A stretch of DNA of 64,000 nt from a bacterium (GTDB lineage Bacteria > UBA8248 > JACPRG01 > G963555815): assembly GCA_965261595.1 (NCBI GenBank), contig CBDHDG010000004.1, positions 192,001-256,000 of the forward strand, in the 5' to 3' direction. Below, piece after piece: positions 43,030 to 51,192 of this stretch. Positions within the stretch are counted from its first letter, which is position 1; every line of letters starts with the position of its first letter. The position numbers and the translations under genes were made by a program. The notes below the pieces were generated by a model that was not told the DNA's origin, did not search any database, and saw only the letters and a list, made by a program, of their open reading frames with translations.

Positions 43030-44412
43030 TTAGGTTTGGATGAATTCATCGAGACTCAGCTCCTCCACCCCCGGTATTTTCGCCCGCTTCGGGAACGGAT
43101 CGTCGTATCCGGTCGGGACCGTGGCGTCCACGCCGATTTTCGTCACCATCCCGTCCCGGCTGAGGCGGGTGATGGTGTACGTCATCGGGTCCAGCCGGTT
43201 CCCGCGCGCCCCGGGGATGATCATGATGTCCCGGTCCGGCGCAACGCGCGTCGAGAGCGCCCAGAGGACGTCGTCCTCATTGAAGATGTCCACGTCCGTG
43301 TCGAAGACGAAGGCCCCCTTGATGTAAGGCGTCCGTGTCAGGGCGGTCATGAGGACGTTTTTCGCGTCGCCCTCGTTGACCTTCTCCATCTGAATGTAGG
43401 CGTGGTACAGGACGCCGGAGAGCGGGGCGTGCACGGCCCTCACGGTGGGAAAAAACCTCCGCAGCTCCCGGAGCATGTGGCCTTCGTTGGGGACAAGGGT
43501 GGCGGTGACGTGCTCGATGTATTGGCCGACGTCGTGATAGATGGCGTCCTTGCGGTGGGTGATGGCCGTGACCTCGATCTCCGGCGCGTCGACGATCTGG
43601 CCGTAGTACCGGTGGTACTCGCCGAAGGGGCCTTCGGTCTGCCTGACGTGGGGGAGGATCCTCCCCTCGATGACGATCTCCGCGTACGCCGGAACTTCCA
43701 GGTCCACGGTCTCGCACTTGACGAGGGCGACAGGCTCGTCCAACAGCCCGCCGGCCACCTCGTACTCATCCGTCCCGTTCTTCCGGGCGACCTGGGTCTG
43801 GGAGGCGATGTAAAAGGCGGGATGCATCCCCAGGATGATGGCGCATTCCAGCGGCTCGTTCTTCGCCTCGGCCTTGCGGTGGATGTACTGGAGGCGCTTG
43901 CCCCAGCTGTAGTAGACGCCCAGCTTGTTGCGGCCCACCTTCTTGTGCCGATAGATGCCGAGGTTCGACGCCCCGGTCTCGGGGTCCTTGGTCACCATCA
44001 CGCCCATCGTGATATACGGGGCGTCGTTGTGCTCATGATGAAGGAGGATGGGAAGCTGGTCGAGGTCGACCTCATCGCCGGTGAAAATCACGTCCTTGAC
44101 CGGGCCGGTCTCGACAAGGGTCGGCGGGACCTGCCGGATCTCGCGCGCCCCGATCTCCTCGGCAATCCTGTCTTCGGTCGTGTCCAGGGCGACGGCGAAT
44201 TTTTTGCGGGTGGACAGGATGTTGGCGATCACCCGGAACTCGAACCCCTTGACCCGGTCGAACAGGACGGCCGGATACATCCCCTCCCGGTCCATCTTGG
44301 CGATGACGGCGATGGGCTCCCACTCGTGGGAAACCTCCCGGCTGACGCGCCGGACCTGGTCCGGGGCCGCCTCGTGGAGTTGCTTCAGGTAAGACCGCAG
44401 GTCCTTGGGCAT
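43030..44412 (-). CDS. UbiD-family decarboxylase
   Basis: LGIYR, EGPFGEYHRYYG, FDTDVD, KIGVDAT; close paralogue of 39799-41217. Confidence 0.92.
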   Translation of the reverse strand: MPKDLRSYLKQLHEAAPDQVRRVSREVSHEWEPIAVIAKMDREGMYPAVLFDRVKGFEFRVIANILSTRKKFAVALDTTEDRIAEEIGAREIRQVPPTLVETGPVKDVIFTGDEVDLDQLPILLHHEHNDAPYITMGVMVTKDPETGASNLGIYRHKKVGRNKLGVYYSWGKRLQYIHRKAEAKNEPLECAIILGMHPAFYIASQTQVARKNGTDEYEVAGGLLDEPVALVKCETVDLEVPAYAEIVIEGRILPHVRQTEGPFGEYHRYYGQIVDAPEIEVTAITHRKDAIYHDVGQYIEHVTATLVPNEGHMLRELRRFFPTVRAVHAPLSGVLYHAYIQMEKVNEGDAKNVLMTALTRTPYIKGAFVFDTDVDIFNEDDVLWALSTRVAPDRDIMIIPGARGNRLDPMTYTITRLSRDGMVTKIGVDATVPTGYDDPFPKRAKIPGVEELSLDEFIQT

Positions 44413-44703
44413 GCAATAACACCCTGTTGACGGGCAATGGTTGATCGCTTCGGGAATCCATCCAGGGACATTATCCGTCATTATCGGGAAGGCCGCAATC
44501 GGGAAGCCGGTACGTCTTCCAATTTTCGACAGCGGACAAGAACCGGACCTCCCCCGGGAAGGTCTAACCTTACCGAGAGGAAGCGGTCCGGATCATGCCC
44601 TGGCGAAATCCCGGAAATCCCCATTGCGGAGGCTTCCGGCTCAGGGTAAATTATCCGGAACCGGGTTGGAGAGGTTCTTGCTCGTTCAATGGGAGGTTCG
44701 GCG

Positions 44704-45063
44704 GTGAGACCATCAGCGGGGATCGCAATTCTGACGGCGCTCGTGTGGACGTTTTCGGCCGGGGCCGCCGCGCACGCCGCCGATCCCAAGGCCGGCCGGG
44801 CCAAATACCTTCAACTGTGCGCCTTCTGCCATGGAAACGGCGGCAAGGGCGACGGACCCGCGGCCCGAGGCTTTCCCGTCAAGCCGGCCGACCACACGAA
44901 CAAGGCCAAGATGAAGAAACTCTCGAACGCCGACTTGGCGAAAATCATCACCCGGGGCGGCCGAAGCGTCGGAAAAAGCCCCCTCATGCCCCCCTTCGGA
45001 AACCAGCTCAAGCCGGCGGACGTGGAAAACCTGATCGCCTTTATCCGGTCGCAGGCGAGGTAG
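44704..45063 (+). CDS. monoheme class I cytochrome c
   Basis: Signal peptide, CAFCH, GKGDGP, SPLMPPF axial Met; GGAGG RBS before GTG. Confidence 0.88.
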   Translation: MRPSAGIAILTALVWTFSAGAAAHAADPKAGRAKYLQLCAFCHGNGGKGDGPAARGFPVKPADHTNKAKMKKLSNADLAKIITRGGRSVGKSPLMPPFGNQLKPADVENLIAFIRSQAR

Positions 45064-45186
45064 GTCATCGGGCCGCTCATCGTCGTTCGATTCGGAAGCC
45101 TCCCCGTTTTCCCGCCAAATACGATTCTCGACCCCGCGTTCAGGATGGCCTGTTTGGTTTGAAAACCCGTGATTACGGGTGAACCG

Positions 45187-45990
45187 TCAATCCGTCAGCA
45201 CCCTGTCCAAAATCACGGGAAATTCCGCCCGGGTCTTGGCAACCAGGGACAGGTCGACTTCGGCGGTCAGGACGCCCTCCCGGTCATCCAGCGACTCGAC
45301 CATCTCCCCCCATGGGTCCACGACCATGCTGTTCCCCACGTACCACACGCCCCCCTGCTCGCCGCTGCTGTTGCACGAAATCAGGAAGCACAGGTTCTCG
45401 ACGGCCCGGGCGCGGTTGAATAATTTCCAGTGCCCGAGTCTCGGATAGGGCCAGCCGGACGTGATGAGGAAGCATTCGGCCCCGCCGTCTAGCAGCGCGC
45501 GGAAGAGCTCCGGAAAGCGGAGGTCGTAGCACGTGGCCAGCCCGAACTTTCCCAGGGGCGTCTCGACGACGGCCGGGGTTTTCCCCGCGACCATCATGTC
45601 CTGTTCCTTGGACTGATACCCGAACAGGTGGATCTTCCGGTACGTCTTCAGGACCTCGCCTTCGGGCGACAGAAAGACGGCCGTGTTGTGGAGGCCCGCT
45701 TCCGACCGCTCGACCCAGCTTCCCGCGAAAAAGTGGCAACCCTTCTCCCGGGCGATCTCCTTCATGGCCGCGAGGGTGGGGCCGCCGCCCCCGCCCCCCC
45801 CTCCGCCCAGCGGTTCGGCGTCGGCCTCCATGCGCTCATACGCAAAGGCCCCGGACGTCCAAAGCTCCGGCAGGAGGATGAGATCAACTTCCCCGAGCCC
45901 GCCGATCAACCCCCGGGCGCGGTCGATCTGCTCCTCTTTCGTTCGATCCCCGGCGGCGAGCTGGATGGAAGCGATCTTCATGCCCGGCAT
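45187..45990 (-). CDS. carbon-nitrogen hydrolase (nitrilase superfamily amidase)
   Basis: E-K-C triad: LPELW, YRKIHLF, TCYDLRFPE. Confidence 0.92.
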   Translation of the reverse strand: MPGMKIASIQLAAGDRTKEEQIDRARGLIGGLGEVDLILLPELWTSGAFAYERMEADAEPLGGGGGGGGGPTLAAMKEIAREKGCHFFAGSWVERSEAGLHNTAVFLSPEGEVLKTYRKIHLFGYQSKEQDMMVAGKTPAVVETPLGKFGLATCYDLRFPELFRALLDGGAECFLITSGWPYPRLGHWKLFNRARAVENLCFLISCNSSGEQGGVWYVGNSMVVDPWGEMVESLDDREGVLTAEVDLSLVAKTRAEFPVILDRVLTD

Positions 45991-46039
45991 TTCCTCATGT
46001 AATTTATAGCTTTAATAAGATAGATATAACTTATTGATA

Positions 46040-46882
46040 TTACATAATGTCAGCCGCTTTTAAAAAATCATCAATCTCATACGCCTCCTTGTCCGGATGG
46101 AGAAGGAGAAACCGCTCCCGGAACTTCTCGGACTGGCTGACGAGGATGTCCACGTGGGCGAGACAGCAGAGGTGAAGCATCTCGTCGTCGTCGCTCCGCT
46201 TCCAGTCCTCGAACCGCATTTTATAAAGGTGCTGCTTCAGGAGCGGGATTTTCACGAACGCGGCGACGGCCGGGCACCGGTTGACCTTCGTATCCACCCG
46301 CCGGGCGATCTCGCCGGGCTTCTCGGCCCTGATCACGTCCCCCACCAGTCTCCGGATGTGATCCCGACGGTCCTCCTTTTCATACCGGACAAGCAGCGCC
46401 GGAAAATCTTCAATTCCATCAGTATCGAACGCCGACTCTTTGAACAGATGGTGCAGGACGCGGCCGAACGCCTCCCCCCGGCTCATCCGCTCCCGGAGGT
46501 CGATCTCCGTCGAAACCTCGTACTTGCCTTCAGAAAGGTCGGCCACCAACCGCCGGACCCGGTCGGCGTCCTTGTCCTCGTAGTGCCACCAGTACCGGAC
46601 GATCATCTCCATCAGGGCCTGGATCTCGTCGCGGACGATCCAGCCGAAGTGCTTCAAAATGCGGCCCCCCACGACTTGCCGGAGCAGCTTGAACAACGCC
46701 GCTCCCCCTTCCGAATCGCCGAATCGGAACGCGCCCGCGAGGTCGACCAGGACGTTGTCGTCGAAGGTCACCTCGATGTCGTCGTGCTCCCGGCTATCTT
46801 TGTCGATGGCCGTGCCCGCGGGATCGATCCCCGCTTCCCGAAGATGGTGATAAACCGATGCGTCCAGATACACGATGGGCAT
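46040..46882 (-). CDS. hypothetical protein with PIN-like terminal motifs
   Basis: N-terminal VYLDASV and C-terminal DDEMLH...VDILVSQSEKF; coding-like codon bias. Confidence 0.55.
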   Translation of the reverse strand: MPIVYLDASVYHHLREAGIDPAGTAIDKDSREHDDIEVTFDDNVLVDLAGAFRFGDSEGGAALFKLLRQVVGGRILKHFGWIVRDEIQALMEMIVRYWWHYEDKDADRVRRLVADLSEGKYEVSTEIDLRERMSRGEAFGRVLHHLFKESAFDTDGIEDFPALLVRYEKEDRRDHIRRLVGDVIRAEKPGEIARRVDTKVNRCPAVAAFVKIPLLKQHLYKMRFEDWKRSDDDEMLHLCCLAHVDILVSQSEKFRERFLLLHPDKEAYEIDDFLKAADIM

Positions 46883-46897
46883 GGAAAAAACCTCGTC

Positions 46898-47737
46898 TCA
46901 GGCGTTAATCTCAATGGTCACGTGTTCGTCAACCCGGGCGTCCAGCAATTCGGCGGCGTTGCCCGAGGGGACGAACACCTCCAGAAGATCCCAGGAATTG
47001 AACAAGGCACCACTCTTTTCCTCAGCGTCCTCGCGCGCGGCCCCCGCCTCCTCATAATACCGGACCCACCCGGCCACCGCCCGGTTTTTCAAAATGACGC
47101 GCGCGCCGACACCGCGGCCGGCGGCCCAAGCCTTATCGAACAGGGCGCGGTCCACGTTCGTGATGAGATTGCCGAACCGGTCGATGTGAACGATCACACC
47201 GTGAATCCGCGTTCGGTTTTCCTCCTCCTCCACCTCGATCAGGGGAACGGGAAACGGGCGCCGGACCGCGTCCGCAACCTCCGGGCCGGCGTCGGCCGGG
47301 GCCGCGCCCGAGGCCAGGCGCGCCGCCGCGGGGGCGAAGACGTCCCGGCCGTGAAACGTCGCCGACGGCTCTTCCAGGAACCAGCCGCGGTTGGCCAGCT
47401 CGCGGACCCTCGCCCCCTCCCGGTCCAGGGCGAACGTCAGAAGCCCGTTGTCCGGCCCGAGGAAGAGATTGTCTTTCGCGTCCTGAACGAGGATGGCCCG
47501 GCGATCGCTTCCGACCCCGGGATCCACGACGGCCACGTGTATCGTTCCGTCGGGAAAATACGGACAGGCCGCGCCCAGGATCAGCCCCCCCGCCCGGATG
47601 TCCTGCGGGGGAACGTCATGCGTAATGTCGATCAGGGTGATTTCGGGGAAGATCCCCAGCGCAACCCCTTTCATCGCCCCCACGAAGCCATCAGCCAGAC
47701 CGAAGTCCGTGGTCAAGGTCACGACGGAAGGGCTCAT
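46898..47737 (-). CDS. SAM hydroxide adenosyltransferase / chlorinase-fluorinase family (DUF62)
   Basis: LTTDFG..D.FVGAMKGV, VVDPGVGS.R, GPDNGL, TFHGRDVFAP, IDRFGNLITN. Confidence 0.92.
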   Translation of the reverse strand: MSPSVVTLTTDFGLADGFVGAMKGVALGIFPEITLIDITHDVPPQDIRAGGLILGAACPYFPDGTIHVAVVDPGVGSDRRAILVQDAKDNLFLGPDNGLLTFALDREGARVRELANRGWFLEEPSATFHGRDVFAPAAARLASGAAPADAGPEVADAVRRPFPVPLIEVEEEENRTRIHGVIVHIDRFGNLITNVDRALFDKAWAAGRGVGARVILKNRAVAGWVRYYEEAGAAREDAEEKSGALFNSWDLLEVFVPSGNAAELLDARVDEHVTIEINA

Positions 47738-49098
47738 ACCGCAACGGGGAGCCTTAAGGCCGTCCCCAGAACGTGATCTTCATCCACCCGATAGACGCGA
47801 ACCCGAACCAAGGTGTTCATCCAGGCCTCCGGTCCCGCCGTCAGGACTTTGATGTAGTTCTCCGACAGCCCCTGAAGGAGCCCGGTATCCTTGTGGCGGC
47901 TGTGCTCGATGAGGACCTCGACCTCTTTGCCCAGGTGCTCTTCGAAGAACGCCCGGCGCTTCTTCAACCCCAGGGCGCGCAGGCGCGAAACCCGTTGCTT
48001 TCGGGCCTCGGCCGATACGCACGTTTCCATCTCCGTCGCGCGCGTGCTCCTGCGGGGCGAGTAAGGGAAGACGTGCAGATAAGTAATGGGCGCCTCTTCA
48101 ATCAGGGCGTACGTGCGCCCGAAGGCGTCCTCGGTCTCGGTGGGAAACCCGGCGATCACGTCCGCGCCGATCCCGGCGGACGGAAAAACCCGCTTGAGCG
48201 CCCGGAGCCGCTCGACGTAATAGGCCGCTTTGTAAGGCCGGCGCATGGCCTTCAAAACGGCGTCATCTCCGCTCTGAAGGGGAACATGAAAATGCGGGCA
48301 TACGCACCGGGTCTCGGCGCACGCCTCGATCAGGGCGTCCGGGATCTCCCAAGGATTGAGAGAGCTGATGCGCAGCCTGTCCAATCCGGGAATCTCCCCC
48401 AGCCGCCGGACGAGGTGAGCCAGATCGGTTGCGGGCGCCAGGTCCCAGCCATAGCTGCCCAGGTCCACCCCGGTCAGGACCACCTCCCGGAACCCGTTCG
48501 CGATCAGGTCCCGCACCTGCTGAACCGCGCCGGCCAAGGGCAGGCTCCGGCTCGGTCCCCGGGCCAGCGTGATGGCGCAGAACGAGCAGCGAAAACCGCA
48601 GCCGTCCTGCACCTTGATGAAGGCGCGGGTGTGATCCGGAAAATTCCGGATCGGAACCTCGTCGAACTTTTCAACGCGGTCCATCTCCGCAATCTCCACA
48701 ACTGGGTCCCCCGCGGCCCGTTTCCGAAGGCCGTTGCCATCGAGGAAGGCCCGCAACCGCTCCGCCAACCGAAGCTTCTCCCGGTTTCCGAGGATCAGGT
48801 CGACCCCCTGGAGATGGGACGCCTCGTCGGGGTTGGCCTGGGGATAGCACCCCGCCAGAACCACAACCGCGTCCCGGTTCGCGCGGACGGCGCGGCGGGC
48901 AAGCTGGCGGGAGCGATGGTCGCTCTTCCCGGTGACGGTGCATGTGTTGATCACATAAACGTCGGCGAAGCCCTCGAAGGGGACAACCCGATAACCCGCC
49001 CGGAGGAGACCGTCCGTCATGACCGCGGTTTCGGACTGGTTCATCCTGCAACCCAGCGTGTCCAGCGCAACGCGAAGTCCATTCGGATCGTTCGGCAT
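47734..49098 (-). CDS. mtaB: tRNA t6A37 methylthiotransferase
   Basis: TLGCRMNQSE, INTCTVT, QDGCGFRCSFC, HVFPYS.R, TRAM-like C-terminus. Confidence 0.9.
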   Translation of the reverse strand: MPNDPNGLRVALDTLGCRMNQSETAVMTDGLLRAGYRVVPFEGFADVYVINTCTVTGKSDHRSRQLARRAVRANRDAVVVLAGCYPQANPDEASHLQGVDLILGNREKLRLAERLRAFLDGNGLRKRAAGDPVVEIAEMDRVEKFDEVPIRNFPDHTRAFIKVQDGCGFRCSFCAITLARGPSRSLPLAGAVQQVRDLIANGFREVVLTGVDLGSYGWDLAPATDLAHLVRRLGEIPGLDRLRISSLNPWEIPDALIEACAETRCVCPHFHVPLQSGDDAVLKAMRRPYKAAYYVERLRALKRVFPSAGIGADVIAGFPTETEDAFGRTYALIEEAPITYLHVFPYSPRRSTRATEMETCVSAEARKQRVSRLRALGLKKRRAFFEEHLGKEVEVLIEHSRHKDTGLLQGLSENYIKVLTAGPEAWMNTLVRVRVYRVDEDHVLGTALRLPVAV

Positions 49099-49151
49099 CT
49101 TGAATCCTTACGCCGTCCCGTCCCCGCTCCGGCGGGGGGGAACCTGCTCCG

Positions 49152-49865
49152 TTATCGCTTCGATTTCGCGACCCGGGCCGCGTACGCCGCCCAGGTGCAT
49201 TCGACGAATTCGCTGAATTCGATCCCGTGGGTCAGCCCGCCTTCGAGGTGGTCCGCCTCGATGGGCCTCGGGTCTCCCACCAACCCGGCCGTGAGCTGCA
49301 ATTTGGCCGTATCTTCCAGGGCGATCAGGACCGTGACGGACTCCTCGATGGAGCCGCCGACGCAGACCACCCCGTGACCGGCCAACACAAGGGCGGGCGT
49401 CCCGCCCAGGGCCTCGGCCACTTTCCGGCCCAACGCCGGGCCATCGATCTGCCCCGGATTGCCCAGAACGGGGACCTTGGGCGCGAAGATCGTCCCCCGG
49501 TGTCCTATCGGCAGGATGTCCGTCCCCGACACGCTGAAGGCGACGCTGGTGTGCGGATGGGCGTGGGCCACGGACTGGACGTCCGGCCGGGCCTTATAGA
49601 TCTCCGTGTGGATGAACCGCTCCCCCGGCGGTTTCAATTCGCCCTCGACCACCTCGCCGCTTCCGTCCATGATCGTGAGGTGCTCGGGCGCGAGGTCGTC
49701 GAAGCTCTTTCCCAGGTGGTGAATATGGCCGATGATCAGGTAGCGATCCGGTTCGTCCAGCCGGACGCTGACGTGTCCCAGGTTCAGCTCGAACGCGCCA
49801 TAGATCGAGAGAATCTGGTGGGCGAGAAGGAGCTTGTCTCTTAACTCAGGGCTTGCGGTCATCAC
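49152..49865 (-). CDS. class II aldolase/adducin family protein
   Basis: GHVSVR, ERFIHTEIY.ARPDV.SV.H.H, L.GHG metal-binding motifs. Confidence 0.88.
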   Translation of the reverse strand: MMTASPELRDKLLLAHQILSIYGAFELNLGHVSVRLDEPDRYLIIGHIHHLGKSFDDLAPEHLTIMDGSGEVVEGELKPPGERFIHTEIYKARPDVQSVAHAHPHTSVAFSVSGTDILPIGHRGTIFAPKVPVLGNPGQIDGPALGRKVAEALGGTPALVLAGHGVVCVGGSIEESVTVLIALEDTAKLQLTAGLVGDPRPIEADHLEGGLTHGIEFSEFVECTWAAYAARVAKSKR

Positions 49866-49924
49866 TTTCCAGTTTTAAAGTGTTTATGTAACAGCAATAT
49901 TATAATCCATTGATATTATATATA

Positions 49925-51187
49925 TTATATCGTTTTAATAACTGTTTCATCTGACGAAACCACGGACGGAGCCAGAAAGTTCGCCCCCCGGCCGCGGCCC
50001 TCGATTTCATGAATTGCCTGAACGATTTCATCCCGGACCTCCCGGTCCTCTTCCGAGGCCAACCGCCCCCTCAAGAGGTTTTCGGCTTCCACCCCCCTCC
50101 CCCCGCCGCCGAGATTCCCCAGCGCCCAGGCGGCGTGACCGCGGACGATGGGCTCGGAGTGGTCCAGGGCCCGGCCAAGCGGCCCGGCCGCCCTCTCCTC
50201 CCCCGAGTTGCCCAGGGCGACAGCGGCGTTCCTGACGATACCCGCCCACCGGGCGCGCCGGACGGGAGAGCCCTCGAAGCGGCGGCCGAAGGTCTCCTCG
50301 TCCATCTCCAGGAGCTCGACGAGCGAAGGGGCGTCCAGGCCCTCCCGCGGCTGGAAATCCCGGTTCGCCGAAACGGGGGCGTCCTCATTATAGGGACAAA
50401 CGCTCTGGCAGTCGTCGCACCCGAAGACCCAATTTCCCATCAACGGCCGCATCTCGCGCGGAATCCACCCCCGAAGCTCGATGTTCAGATAAGAGATGCA
50501 CCGCCTGGCGTCCATGACGTAAGGCCGGACGAGGGCGCCCGTCGGACAGGCCCGGATGCACCGGTCGCACGTTCCACAGAGGTCGGCTTGAGGCTCTCCG
50601 GCGGGCAGGGCCACGTCGAGGAGCATCACGCCGAGGAAAAACCATGAGCCGAGGCCGGGATTGAGAAGAAGGGTGTTTTTCCCGATCCAACCCAATCCGG
50701 CGCGCGCGGCCCATTCCCGTTCGAGGACGGGCCCGGTGTCCACGTAGCACTTCACCGCCCTCCCCAAACCCGATTCCTCGACGGTCCGCGCCAGCTTCAA
50801 CAACCGCTTCCGGACCCCCTTGTGATAATCGCGTCCCCACGCGTACCGGGAGATCGCCCCGATCAGGCCCCTGCCCTCTCCCGTCCCGGCTCTCTTCCTC
50901 GCCCCCTCTCCCCCCGCCGGAGAGCTCCCGGTGTGGTAGTTCATGGCGACCGTCACGACGGATTCGACTTCCGGCCAGACCTTCCGGGGATCTTTTCGGG
51001 AATCCCGGTTCCGGTAGAGATAGGACATCTTCCCGCCGAAGCCGCGGTCCAGCCAGCGGTCGAGATAGTCCCCCCGGGCCAGGGACGCCGCCCGCGCAAT
51101 CGCCAGGGCGTCGAAGCCGAGCGCCTTGGACTCCCGGTGCAGGATCTCTACAAGCCGATCGGCCTGTTCGGGGGCCAACTGGGGCAT
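49925..51187 (-). CDS. queG: epoxyqueuosine reductase
   Basis: SRYAWGRDYH, VDTGPVLER, CGTCDRCIRACPT, CISY, GCDDCQSVCP, HEAT repeats. Confidence 0.95.
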   Translation of the reverse strand: MPQLAPEQADRLVEILHRESKALGFDALAIARAASLARGDYLDRWLDRGFGGKMSYLYRNRDSRKDPRKVWPEVESVVTVAMNYHTGSSPAGGEGARKRAGTGEGRGLIGAISRYAWGRDYHKGVRKRLLKLARTVEESGLGRAVKCYVDTGPVLEREWAARAGLGWIGKNTLLLNPGLGSWFFLGVMLLDVALPAGEPQADLCGTCDRCIRACPTGALVRPYVMDARRCISYLNIELRGWIPREMRPLMGNWVFGCDDCQSVCPYNEDAPVSANRDFQPREGLDAPSLVELLEMDEETFGRRFEGSPVRRARWAGIVRNAAVALGNSGEERAAGPLGRALDHSEPIVRGHAAWALGNLGGGGRGVEAENLLRGRLASEEDREVRDEIVQAIHEIEGRGRGANFLAPSVVSSDETVIKTI

Positions 51188-51192
51188 CCGCG

